Shown: one piece after another, positions 12,901-25,689 of the stretch
How positions within the stretch are numbered: the first letter of the stretch is position 1
How the letters are laid out: every line of letters starts with the position of its first letter
Assembly: GCA_964035545.1 (NCBI GenBank)
Contig: OZ037766.1
Span: 3,162,001 to 3,226,000 of the forward strand
Length of the DNA: 64,000 nt
DNA from: Bugula neritina
Taxonomy: Eukaryota > Animalia > Bryozoa
Reading direction: 5' to 3'
Notes under the pieces: generated by a model
The model's database searches: none
What the model saw: only the letters and a program-made list of their open reading frames with translations
Told to the model about the DNA's origin: nothing
Made by a program: the position numbers and the translations under genes

Positions 12901-15900
12901 CAGTCCGTTATATTATATAATATTTTGTTGTTATTTAGAGAGCGTAATTCTCGAAATAATTTTAATGGTTTTATAAACTAAAAAGTTGAAACAGTGCATC
13001 ATTTTGAATTAAACTGATATTTGCTAAAAGTTGCAAATTTCAAACGAAAATTAAAAAAGAAGATTGTTGATGAAAATCATAGTTTACTCTTTAAAATAAT
13101 AAAAAATACAGAGCTTAGTTTTCTTGATTTACCAAAGAGTCAATACCTCTAGGGTTTCAAGGGAGAGGATAGTCCAACCCTGACTCTCTACTGCTGCCAC
13201 AGTGTCAGCGCTGACAGAATTCATGTGGACCAAAGTTTTAACACTCGGCAGCTGGTCATGTCCCCATTTTAGTAAATTCTTAATCTTGTCCTCGTCATCA
13301 CATATTATTACCTCCATTTTTGCTGTAAAGTATAAAGTATGCTATAAATTTCAAACACACACGTCTTCAGAAGACATGAAAGAAAAATATTCCTAAGTGG
13401 AGATAACTTACTCTGATTAATTATGTGTATAATTCCCTCCTCTTTTAAAGTACCTATCACACATTGGCAACACAAACATTGAGTGCTAATTTATGTGCAT
13501 GATGAATTTTAAACAAAGAGCATAAATATATCAGATATATGACATAAAGTAAAATTGTAACATAATATAATGGTAACCTACAACGTACACTTCATGCCTA
13601 TCATAAACATAAAAGCCAAAAACATGACAATTACTCTCTACAGTTTTCCAAATGGTCTTAAAATGGTTTATTCAGTTTCAAGCTATGGGAAGATAACTCA
13701 CTCTGATTAACTATGTGTATCAGAGCATCTTCTCCTAAAGTATCATACATTGGTACTATAACCATGGAGTGCTGGTAGCAGGCCAGTTGAGTTAACATCA
13801 TCTGAACAACAGGGAAACGACATGAGATATGATAACAAAACCTCACTGAAAAGTAAAATCTAACATACAATATTGCATCCCATATTAAACTAGGACACTT
13901 AGGTGCGTTGTGAGTTGTTTGACCCACAACATTTCCTCTCGGAATCTAAGTGGTAAGCAGAAAACAAACAGTATAGAATGTGTTACACAACATTTTAAAC
14001 AAATTTAGTAAACAGAGTATTGTACAAGCTTTATTTATACAATGTAGAATAACTTCCAATGTAACAGACAGACAGAGGTAAGAAAACAGGTGAGCTGGAG
14101 AACGAGGTAGGTGCAGCAATGGAGATATGAGCAGATTTTCGTCAAAATCTCCATTACTGCACCTAACTGGGCATGACAAGTTACCACTTTCAAAGTTAAG
14201 ACATGCATATTTATGGTAGACCCACTAAATTCTCTAATATCTGAAGAAGATGTTTAACTATTGGGAGAACTTACCTCAATTCTGTTTTTAGAAAACATTC
14301 CAACCAGTGTTTCATTGGACGGCTGCAGTCCAAGTTTTCTCAAACCATACCCTACATGGGTGACTCGTTCTAGCACCTACCATATGAGTCATAATATGTC
14401 ACAGCCTTTTTTATAAAATTATCATTAAAAGTTATAGTCAAGTGTGAGACTGTACAAGTTATAGTTATAGTTATAGTTAAATATTCCCTAAACACTATAA
14501 TACATAGTAAAACTAATAGTCATTCCACAATTACTATATGAACAATGCACTACCTGTTTGTAAGTAAACCACGTATCAAATCCTGTGCTTAGAGAACTTC
14601 TAAATCCAAAGCATTTCTTAGATGCTACAAAATATTGAGCAGATTTAGTATCAGATTTACATAGCTAAAAACATGTTATATATTAAGCGATTGCATACAT
14701 TAAACTGGTAACTTGTAAGTTCAATAAATGAAGCTAGTTGAATATATGATTGCTAAATATTCAAAACTTTTTAAATTGCTGGTATAAGAAGCATCATGGC
14801 ATCTAATTTACTATAGGAAGGTATATGCAGCTCCTTAATTGATAGTATATAGTCACATAGCAATGTCACACTGATCGTATGATTAATTAGTAGAATATAG
14901 GCTAGTAAACTAGTAGGATACTGTGTGTTCTAGTGTGTATGTAATAACATGTATGTGTATTAGTATGTATGTACTACTATGTAGTTGTATGTAGTATGTA
15001 CTAGTAGGACACATGTAGTAGCTACAAGTACACCTACATATACACATACATATACACTTACATATACACCTACATATACACCTACATATACACCTACATA
15101 TACACCTACATATACACCTACATATACACCTACAGGTATACCTACATATACACCTACATAATATACACCTAGATACACCTACATATACACATACATATAC
15201 ACCTACATATATACACCCACATATACACCTACATAATATACACCTAGATACACCTACATATACACCTACATATACACATAAATATACACATACATATACA
15301 CCTGCAGATACACCTACAGATACACCCACATATACACCTACATATACACCTACATATACACATACATATACACATACAGATATACCTACATATACACATA
15401 CAGATACACCTACATATACACCTACATAATATACACCTAGATACACCTACATATACACCTACATATACACCTACATATACACCTACATATACACATACCA
15501 TACTGTTCAACAGACTCCAGGAAAGTGTCATATAGAGTTGTCCTTGTATCACCAGAATAAAGGTCTGGAATTTTAGACATTCTACAAGCTGGAATTGTCT
15601 ACAACATAATATATCTGTTATACAGCAATGTAGAGCCATTGCTGATTGCAGTTTGCATAATGAAATCAAATAGAGCTTGTCTTTTCACTGAACTGTGGTG
15701 TTTATTACCATGCAGCATGCATAATATAGTCGGCCAGTAGTATATATCAAAATGAATTGTTTTGCTTTTTCGCCACAACGTATTAAATGAAATTATAGTC
15801 CAATCTATTTTACAAAAAGCTATTCAAACTTTCTGAAACGAGTTGGCTGTGAGATAAAACTTTAGCCAAATAAAGCTATATAGCCAGGTGTCTCAACCTA

Positions 15901-16309
15901 TACACTATAGGCTACAGTTGTAGTGTTTGGAAGAAGTATACTAGCTAATTATGATTGATATACTGGCAGGAAAGATATACTTATATGCCTGTTGGCCACT
16001 TTCTATCTACAACACGAAATGATAAAATAAAACCCACATTCTACTGTCTGCTTTGCTCTATGAGTTCTCACATAGGACACAGGTTTTTCTCAATTTTACC
16101 ATCACTGCCCCTAAAGGAAGGAAGGAATTGAGTTGTCAACCAGATATACTTCTGCAAACACTCACCGGGTGGGCATAGCTCTGGTTCTCCAAGCGTGATG
16201 GATCAAAGGTAAAGCCTTCAGGGTCTGTACGAGAATAGTAGAGCGCAGCAGCACTAAGCAGGCTAGTGGCAGTGACAGCACTAGCAGACTTTGGTGTCCA
16301 CTCGGGCAT
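6999..16309 (-). CDS. ACSL: Long-chain-fatty-acid--CoA ligase (ACSL1/5/6-like), ~17 coding exons
   Basis: First coding exon 16309-16166 ([25 protein letters not shown]..., a hydrophobic anchor). AMP-binding motif [13 protein letters not shown] at ~12316-12438, gate exon [10 protein letters not shown] at ~11580-11666, FEGYGQTE at 9597-9669, GWLHSGDIG at ~9282-9488, and [25 protein letters not shown] at ~7875-8027. Last exon [16 protein letters not shown]...KRPKSAL* ends at 6999. Confidence 0.95.
8020..8290. repeat. Degenerate ~35-bp tandem repeat starting at an ACSL splice acceptor
   Basis: Units such as caaatatattatattgtatctctctgtaataatat begin at the ctctctgcag junction. Confidence 0.75.
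10457..10530 (+). mobile_element. tRNA-like head (second tRNA-derived repeat family or tRNA pseudogene)
   Basis: ggcctccgtggtgtaatggtagcacac...aggttcgattcccagtggtggca carries Pol III A- and B-box-like motifs. A related diverged copy lies at ~49830-49915 (ttacccagtagcccctgtggtgtaatag...tcgattcaaattc). Stems pair poorly, so it is not called as a functional tRNA. Confidence 0.55.
10850..10992 (-). mobile_element. tRNA-derived SINE, 5'-truncated copy
   Basis: Reverse complement of the body and tail of the 22429 copy (caagtttatagtcactatccctgtgagaaacccc...tgactggatgctcttcctaacatcaccaatggcc). Confidence 0.85.
13400..13500 (-). pseudogene. Degenerate duplicate of the ACSL exon at ~13702-13802 (pseudo-exon)
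   Basis: The copy reads [10 protein letters not shown][+4 nt][13 protein letters not shown]|gtaagt, against the real exon [23 protein letters not shown]|gtgagt. It has a frameshifting insertion and an upstream TAG. Confidence 0.7.
15020..15497. repeat. 12-bp minisatellite (tacacctacata)n in an ACSL intron, abutting a donor site
   Basis: Directly visible. It explains the spurious VYVG/CICR ORFs. Confidence 0.95.
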
Positions 16310-17447
16310 CTTGTCCTCTTTGACTGAACTACTAAACTATTGCAATATAAACTGTACACCTCCCTTATCTACTTGTGTCCTCAGGTTGCAAGAGCATGAA
16401 GTAGCTATAGATACTGCCCTTATCAGAATACCAAGGTTAACTACTGGCATATTTCCAACCACGAAAGGACAAAATTTGACCTTTAACCTAGAAAGTAATC
16501 ACTAAACGGCTAAGATTTCCTCTCGGCTTACTGATGCGTGCAGTAGCTCAGTCATTGTATTTCTATAAACTTCTATCCTTCCTCTACTTATCCCAAAAAG
16601 AAGCAAAATATAATATTTCTTTGGCAATCACTAAGTTCCCATCGCTATCATAAGTTAATTCAAACCACAAATACTTGTATAGAAGAAGCATTCTACAATC
16701 TACTGCAAGCAATAGGACCTCAGTAAATTCCTCTTGAAACCATTAAACAATTTACACTGGAAAAATACATGCACACGTACAGTCCACGAGTGGCTGGTTA
16801 TCAGAAAAACAATTGTTATTTTCTATCTTGCAGAACACTACTGGCTGCTATGACCAACGTTAGTAATTGAGAGAAATCATTTTCACCACAAAATTGTTAT
16901 GCCATCACAAATTATTTTAAAGCGTATTATTTTAGACATACGTGTTGAATTCTAGTGTTTTAACAACTTGTTGCCTTGTCCTGGCTTTCAAGTATTGCTG
17001 TGAATTATTTCAAATAGAATTCAAAATTAGAAAAGTATAATTCTTTTATTCAAAAACTCATAAAAAAACCATACATATTTTGTGAAAAAAAACTAACAAT
17101 AATTGAAGATTGATGTTTTAATGCTATAGTTCAGCAGATAAAGATGTAAAAAACCTGAAGGGAATTTCAATTTAACAAACCTTATGAATATCATATGCTG
17201 CAAAATATGAAACACACATATACAAATGTTTTTGTTTAATACTAAGAGAATATTTCTGCCAATAGTAGAAAATGTTATTATATTACAATACATCACAACC
17301 AGTATTATTACTTGTCATGACCAATATAAGTTTATCACACGGATATTTTATGTTTTATAACATATATTTAATTATATTATTGTAAGTAAAACAACTTTAT
17401 TGCGCCATTACTTGGCAGCTGCGAGCATATTACATCATTGTTTCGTT

Positions 17448-20400
17448 TCAGAGTCTAGTCGGTTTATTACATACTGGGCAGGTAACAACACCTTTCTTCA
17501 TTCTTTCCTTTAAACACTGCAACGTTGAAAAAAGATTTGATTTAAAAAAAGAAAGATCTAATTTAAAAAAAGAATACCATTAGTAAAGCAAATATGTTAG
17601 AACACATTGCAATAACAGACTAGGAATAATTAATAAGTGGCCAAAAAAATTCAGAGAAGACAACTTTGAGTCGTTAAAACTATCAATATAATAATAATTA
17701 CTATTTGCATTATATATTGCTGAGAGAAGATAACTCATATAAACTTACAGATTCATGGAAATTATCATGTTTACAAGTTAACAATGACTTCTTATATGTC
17801 AAGGCTCTTCTACATACTATACATCTATCACCATCATCCTGTAATGAATAGCATATATTGTGTTATACAATAATAAAGTACATTACACGATTATATGCTA
17901 ACAACAAAAAACAATTTGTATAACAGGTATGGCTCTTTACACAATAGTTGACATTTATTATTTCAATGGCAAAATATAATACCGGCAATGAAAAACAATG
18001 AAAACCATTGAATTTTTCTTAAAATTTGCCTAATGTGTAATCGGTTTGAAAATCAATACTTGAAATAGAAAGATTCACTTTAGAAGGAGTAATTCATGTT
18101 AGCTTTAATAATTGCATGTATAACGATAGGTGGCTAGCTTAATCAGCCAATACAAAGTGTATAGACTAAGATCTTTACTTACAGACGGGGAGCTGGGCTT
18201 CTTCCTCAACTCATGCTCACCATGTGCGTACACACACTAAGAAAACAACAACACTATGCTACTATCATCAAGTAGATAAAACTGCTAGCTCATTGTAAGG
18301 CTTGCCAATGTTTTACATACTAAACTCTAAAGTCTAAACCATGACTGTTAGTTTCCATTAGAGTAAAAAAGAAGACAATTCTCAAATTGTAAAAAGAAGT
18401 AGTAATAATTCTAACTGAACCACCAAGTTGGAAATAAACCAAACCATCATAACAGTTATATAATCACATGACACAATTAAACTTAGGAATATCTTAAAAC
18501 AAAACTCGGTCGATGAATATGCGTTTTTTAAACAAAAAGAAACTGTGGAAAATAATCTACACACAAACAAGCAGACGTATCATACTGCACTCACTCTCTC
18601 TGGAGCATCATCATGCATACAGTGGCCCTTTTTATTGTCCAGACAGATTTCATTCTTAGGCATAGGCTTGAGCTCTGCCTCGCTGTGGGCAAACCAGCAA
18701 TTGGAGCCGTAACTGCATTGATTGAGAGGAAATCTGGGACACAAACTGGTCTTCTGCAGGAGGTACTTTATTCTACCAGTGCACTTCTGATCATTACACG
18801 GCTCTTCGTGTTGGTACTGCACGTAAAATAATTCATTTATCATAAATAATATGAATATAAAGGACGGCATGCATAAGACCAAGTAGGAGAAAAAACTACA
18901 TTTTTATTAAGTTACTCACACAAAAAATATGCAAAGTGAAATTAGGTTAAATGATGTACAAACACTACAATATAAAATACACATAGTCATTGATGAGAAT
19001 ATTCGAAAGAGGTTTGGCGAAATGCAGATCACAAAATATGATCACCGGAAAAATAAGCAGTAAAAACAAAATATTGAGTAATTTTCATTTATTTTTCAAT
19101 AACCTGCACCTTGTATAAATAAACACGAATAAAACTACAAGCTTACCGGATCTACTTTAACTACCAACTCCTCCTTGCCATGAGCATAATAACAACTGTC
19201 GCCATGTGGACATTTCTGATTGGCTGAATAATATTTACATAGACTAGTATACATTGGAGTTCTTGTAGAGACAGATGGAATCGTTGTGGTGGTGGTAGTA
19301 GGAGGTGTCTATATAACAGCAGAAGATGAATGTAGCTGAGGCTACAAACACAGCCACAGGTGTGGTTGTATTGGTAGCCTTACAAATGGTCTAATCTTTA
19401 AACAGTAAAGAAAAAGGCAACACCAACTAGGCAAGTGTGACACCTGCTAGTTGACAACACAGATCAGGTGCTCTCACGTTTTGGTAGACAAGGAGACAGA
19501 TGCTAATAAGTATTGAGATGAAATATGAATTCATACCGGATAGGTGATGGTTCGGAGTTCCGCCTCGCCGTGAGCGTAAGTGCACTTATCTCCGGCAAAA
19601 CAGTTTCCATATTTACTCCAGTGCATACACAGCACAGTCTTAGTCTTATCTATTCTCCCTGAAGAATGAAGAGGAGGTGTTGGGGCGGTGGGGGCCGCAG
19701 ACACCCGCTGTTCAGGCTTGAGAACCAAGGCTATCCTCCTTTCTGTCTCCTTATAAGCTCCATTCAAATCAGACAGCCCTATGTCCTGCGCAACCTTCTC
19801 AAACTTCTCTTTAATAGCTTTGCTACAACACATGTAAGTGACATAGACATTCGCACTAAACACTGCTTATAAATCTTGCATCTTCCAGTCAAGTATGTTA
19901 AATGCAGAGATTGGCAACTGGTGTATTGTTTGAATCACCAAAAAAGCCCCATGAACATATAGTAGCCATCTTTGTGAGAACTTCTGATAAACAGAGTTTT
20001 TATTAAAAGCGGACTAAGAACTTTTTCGCCATTATGACACAAAAGTAAGTATGACTGAATGCCTTCCTAAAATCATCAATAGTATTTAATTGAGATCAAA
20101 CCTAATTAAATGCCATTAATAATAAACCACCACTGATTGACTGGGACACAATAGTACAGAAAGTACAAGTCACACAGTTTAAAGTTCAAAGACGAACTCA
20201 CGGAGTCATCTGCTTATATTTCTTGGATAACCCGTTGAGTATAGCAATGAAGGATTCATTCGACCAGTCCACTTTTCCGAATGGTATTGCATTGCTCTTA
20301 GATTTAACTGCAGCAGCAGCAAGACCACTGTTTGCTGCCTTCACTGGGGATGTTGCTGCCGCAGTGGAGGGTTTAGTAGCGGCAGCAGTGGAGGGTTTAG

Positions 20401-23400
20401 TAGCGGCAGCGGTGGAGGGTTTTGTAGTTGGACTTGGAGTGGCCACTTCACCAGCCATAGATTTACTGGTAGAGACAACCGGTGCTGTTGAAGTTGATGG
20501 AATTACTGAACGATCTGTTAGACTGAGTTCTTTTATATTAAGATGGCCATTACTCTCGGAAGCTGCAATTAGATTGAAATTAAATTAGCCAATTAAAACT
20601 GTTCTAACAAACGTCATCAAATCAGCATTTACTTTATATTACACTCATATGTTATATAATTCGAATTGGCTATCAATCTACACATTTCTAACCACAACTA
20701 CACATCTTTAACCACAACTATACACCTTTAACCACAACTACATATCTTTAACCACAACTATACACCTCTAACCACAACTATACACCTCTAACCACAACTA
20801 CACATCTCTAACCACAACTACACATCTCTAACCATAACTATACACCTCTAACCACAACTACACATCTCTAACCACAACTACACATCTCTAACCACAACTA
20901 CACATCTCTAACCACAACCATACACCTCTAACCACAACTACACGTCTCCAACCACATCAAGCATTGTTACATCAAGCAAGTGCTAACAGAAGGCTGAGTG
21001 ACTCACTGTGATCTGGAGTTTGAGTTCTACTTGCTGCTGGAGATCCAAGGTCACCATAGAGAGTAGCCGGCAGCATACCAGGAGTGGCTGTACTATTTTG
21101 AAACACTGAAGGTGATTGTCTCCCCCATAAAGATGCTACTAAAACAAGAGAAATATCATTGAATAAATAATTTTGTAGGTCAAGAAGAGATTGCGTTGTT
21201 ACCACTTCAAACACGGAGGATGAAAGAAGATCTAGTTGGAAATTGCTTGAAAAAAGGACAAAGTTAATGGCAACTAAGTGCAGAGATTCGGAGGGGGGAG
21301 GAGTTCAGATACTAATGTGTATAAAAACACTGACTGCACTAATGACCCTCAATTTTTAGCTGCTTCTAGCGATTCTCGAACTGGTCAATTAAAACAGTTT
21401 GACTTGAGTATAATTAAAAAAATCAACAGTACTGGTCAGTAGAATGCATAAGGGAATGCAGGCTATGCTACCAAACGTGGAGCAACATTGAGGTGAAAGC
21501 AGTTTCCCCTTTAGAATAGGATTACATTACTCATGGGTTTTCCCATAGTGGAATTTCCCAACAACTAAAGATCAATTATGACTGGGGGAAGTTTGTGAAT
21601 ATGATTGCAGTTTGTGTTATAAGCACTAATTACTTCACACCTTAGAGGGTATTTTTGCACCCTCACATAAGTTGGGACTTACTGATGTCAAACACGAAGT
21701 TGTTTTGAACAGTGTATAAAAGAGGAGAGAGATAACTCCTAATATTCACAGGACTGAAAAACATTTCACTAGTAGATTAGCAAGTTTCCTATCAACTAAA
21801 TATTTTCAGAAATACCTGAAGAATCACCAAATGAAGAGTTTAACATCTCACCGTCTGTGAATAAACTTCTCTGCAAATAAACAGCATAAGTTATTAAAAT
21901 ATATACCTATCAGCACACTGAATGAGTACGTAATGATTTAGTATATAGTGACTGAGTATGTAGTGACTTAGTATATAGTGACTGAGTATATAGAGAAAAT
22001 AAATTATAAGCAATGATTAACAAGGCAGCGGCTAAGTGAGCAACTCATAAAGTGAAAGTATTAAAGGCACACTCAAAAGTATAACTATAAAAGCTCAAGT
22101 ATAAGCTGATGTGTAGGTATACCAAAAGAAAGCAAAAATAAGCGCAGTTTTAGCAACCAGAACAATATACACTTCACTCCTATTACATACCACGCTCTGT
22201 TCTGTGCTAGGCTGTGTGACAGACATTTGACAAGTTAGAAAAAATGATATTTACGAAGTCTCCAGCATAATTTTGTTACAACCTGAGCACACAGTTAGGC
22301 TATTGATACACACCACGGCATCTCTTACCTCTACACGAGTTACCTGCTCATCTCGCCAGTCTCTAACCTAACGTCACATACACTGATAGAGTATTTAATT
22401 TACACCAGACAGAATCAAACAACTCTAAGGGAGCAGCCGTGGTCTAGGGGTTAGAGCATTTGCCTAGTAAACACGAGGTCATGGGTTCGAGCTCCGACAA
22501 AGGCCATTGATGATGTTAGGAAGAGCATCCAGTTATAATTGCTCCTGTGTCTCATCTGAATAAGTCCTTAGCCCGATTTAACAAAAACCCCTTCCACCAG
22601 AGGCTTTCTCACAGAGATGGTGACTATAAACTTGGTTGATTGTGTGATAGAAATAACCAACAATTAAACATGTGATGGAAACTTGAAAACTAGCAACAGC
22701 CCATCATAAAAGCAATATTGAGCTAGCTAACTTTTGCAAACCCAAGTCTCTATACAAGTATGATTAGTCACATAATAAACTAAAAAATCCAACTTAGTAA
22801 TTTCCTGGCTTTAAACGCATACATCCATGTGGTGGGAAACCCATTTCCAAGACTGTAGCCTGCAGTTTTTTTTTAACTTACTTGTTGGTTAAAATAGAAT
22901 ACAAGCAGATTAAAATACAATAAATGCCGAATATACAACATCCAACAGCCTTTCCCAACCTTACCTCCACAAGGAGTAATACAACATTACCCCCATAGGA
23001 GTGGATACAAGTTTACCCCCACAAGGAGTGGCTACAACCTTACCTCCACAAGGAGTGGCTACAACATTACCCCCACAAGGAGTGGCTACAAGCTTACCCC
23101 CCAACAAAGAGTAAATACAAACCTCTGAAGTGCCGGAAATACCAGGTAGATATGAACTTTTTCCTCCTGCATAATCTGTGAAGGAGTCCATAGAATTCAC
23201 GCCACCACCAATTTCACCAAAGGTGGGTACACCGAGACCATTATTTAGCATGGTGTAATTACTTTCCAGCCCAGCTGGCTCATAGTTATACGCTGCAACA
23301 GAGTTGAATGACAAAATACTAAGAGATACACCAGATTTCTCTAATAGTGAAATTCAGAGAGGATCGGAGTAAAGAAAGGTCAAAATATTTTTACAATACA

Positions 23401-25297
23401 ACTCTGAAATTTAATATTGACAAAAATTTAAGGAAAGGAAACTGAAAATCATCCAAAATTCACCAGACAAATATTCTACGTGAGATGAGATACACACCAT
23501 ACTATTATCAGTATTATACCATATCATGCTACTTATACTAGATCTAGATGGGACAACAAATAATGGACATGAAAGTACCTTTTAGAGCCATCAATTTATC
23601 TGCTAATATCTTTTCCACATCTACTGAGCTCTCAGTGGTTAGGGGAAGGTCGTCCAGTGACAGACCCCAGTCTAACCCATCGATACACAACTTGTATACT
23701 TTCTACAGATTAGAGGGAAAGTGTTGCATAATCATATGTTGGCAAACCTGCATACACATACACATACAAACATATATTTAATACCGGAGTTTTTCTGCGC
23801 CATAACCTGAATATTCTGTAAAAAACTAAAAAAATAATCTCAGGAAAACTACTTGTCTCATGTTAGTAGATCGATCAATAGATCGAACAAGTTCCAATGT
23901 GGAAAATATGACCACTTATAAGAGCCAAGATGCTTGTACATATTATGATTATAGGAAGCTTCATATTTATGAAACTTTTTAGATTACATCTCTACTTGAA
24001 GAATAAATTAAATTTAAATTATCACAATATATACAGTGATGCTTCGAATGAATATTATTCATTCAATTTCTGAAGTCTAAAAGCTTCAAGCATATAAAAT
24101 ATAATATATATATATAAGAAAATATATATATGTAATATAATAAACAAGATAATATGTGTATAAAATTATTAAAAAATAAAACATATGTGTACATTATAAT
24201 GTATCCAACAGGTTTTTAGAGTTTTAAATGATCCTAAACGTTATCAAATGTATAATTCCAAAAATTAAATTCACTACAGAACAAATAGAGACATTTACTT
24301 ACTTCCACTTCATCAATACGCTTTAACAACAGCGTAGATTCATTCTTAAAGTCTTCATCTATTCTCTTGATGTGCCCAGGAACGGCACTGTATAGCGGCA
24401 GACTCAACTTACGTCTGTACTCATCCTCCGCTACAGTCAGGTCATTCTTCAACCGACCAAGACTCGTGTCTTTCCGTAAACTAAGATACGCTTTCTAAAA
24501 GCCAAAACTTTAATTAAAAACAATTCATGTTCCACTTCATGGTTTTTACTCCTTGTTTGAAACAAAAATATATAGCTTACAACCACAATCAAGATGTTGA
24601 GATAACATGTGCATTAAACAAAAATAAATTTTAATTTTATATAACAATCAAAGCTTCTCATTTAGACTCTGGTGACCTAGAAACAGTTTGGTGTTACATC
24701 GCTACATCCTATTTTCAGCAGACCAAGGCTAGAAATACATCTGTAGACATATCGCAGATTTAAGGTCCAACTACTTTGATTAACATAAGAAGATTATTAC
24801 AGTATATAGATTAGGGTCACTAAGCCTATGATTATTACAGAGTTTGCAAAACTAAAACAAGTTGAATTTTCTGAATAAGTTAACAATTTCTCAAGTCGAA
24901 TCAGAATTTAGAACACACTGTTTTATTTAAATTTTAAATGAATGGCACAATGTATTGCAACATTTTTGTCAACCACTGTTGGCATGTATTACGTCATGTA
25001 ATTTTCTTTTATTTTTAGTAAGGGTAATGGTTTAGTGCCCACTGTTTTGTTTGTCAAGCTGTGGTTTATCTACAGCAACATATCTGATATACACCTTTTA
25101 ACACTTTTAAACTTTCATAAAAAAGCGTAGCTCAGTTATTGAGTTTAAGGTAAAACACAAAAATCATCCTAGAAATCAGAAAGTGAAAGTAGCACTTTCA
25201 AATAAAGAAATCATAGTCAACTTACCTCAGCTTTTAAAGCTCGTTCCTTCATATAATTGTACTGTGATGCAGATATTACAGCCTCATTCTTAGCCAT
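17448..25297 (-). CDS. Multi-CCCH zinc finger protein (4 TIS11-like fingers) with C-terminal RING-H2; putative RNA-binding E3 ubiquitin ligase
   Basis: 13 phase-consistent exons: 25297-25226, ~24494-24304, ~23702-23579, ~23340-23123, ~21870-21852, ~21136-21007, ~20563-20201, ~19822-19536, ~19308-19147, ~18816-18595, 18236-18183, 17838-17749, 17516-17448. Fingers: KTVLCMHWSKYGNCFAGDKCTYAH, YTSLCKYYSANQKCPHGDSCYYAH, KTSLCPRFPLNQCSYGSNCWFAH, EICLDNKKGHCMHDDAPERCVYAH. RING-H2: CIVC..CKHDNFHESC..CPVC. An AATAAA lies on the minus strand at 17396-17401. Confidence 0.85.
20676..20960. repeat. 20-bp minisatellite (tacacatctctaaccacaac)n, ~14 units, intronic
   Basis: Directly visible tandem array. Confidence 0.95.
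22429..22640 (+). mobile_element. tRNA-derived SINE, full-length copy
   Basis: Head gggagcagccgtggtctaggggttagagc...cctagtaaa...gggttcgagctcc has A and B boxes and a Thr(AGT)-like anticodon loop. The body contains aggaagagcatccag and the tail is gtgactataaacttg. At least five other copies are present in the window. Confidence 0.88.
22960..23105. repeat. 30-bp tandem repeat (~4-5 units) immediately after a donor site of the CCCH-RING gene
   Basis: Unit ttacccccacaaggagtggctacaacc/ag. It gives the GGKxVATPC repeat seen in the read-through ORF. Confidence 0.85.
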
Positions 25298-25689
25298 TGT
25301 TGAGAATTAGAATTTCAGCAGCCGTAAGGAAACCTTGGACTAAAAACATTGATATGAAGAATACCTTTGGGTAATATAGAGTAACGTGCAAAGCAAATAA
25401 AACTGACTAATATAACGGAAGAGCTCAACATAATAGTAATAGTGAACCTAAACTATCACTATAGTCTACAAGTATAAAATCACACAACCACACACATGCA
25501 CGAACACATACACATATTGGTATTAATCTAAGTATATATACTGCTATATATATAGTTTTTACAATAATAATTTCAACTAAAGCTTATACTTATAGTTATA
25601 CATAAATTCCTGCAAAATTACAAAATTAATTCTTAAAGTTGAGAAGTAAACGAGGTAAAAGGTATATTATTAGCTGGTCATGGTTGAGT

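Noticed and set aside
14910-15669. Cys-rich (CICR) and VYVG-repeat ORFs of 72-178 aa
   Set aside because: They are translations of the 12-bp intronic minisatellite. The real ACSL exon at ~15499-15598 is in another frame.
20676-20960. Regular repeat arrays (also 37545-37880 and 38013-38248) as CRISPR-like or telomeric arrays
   Set aside because: Eukaryotic intronic context with no unique spacers and no cas genes. These are head-to-tail minisatellites.
22429-22505. Functional tRNA-Thr gene
   Set aside because: The acceptor stem does not pair and the head continues into a multi-copy SINE body.
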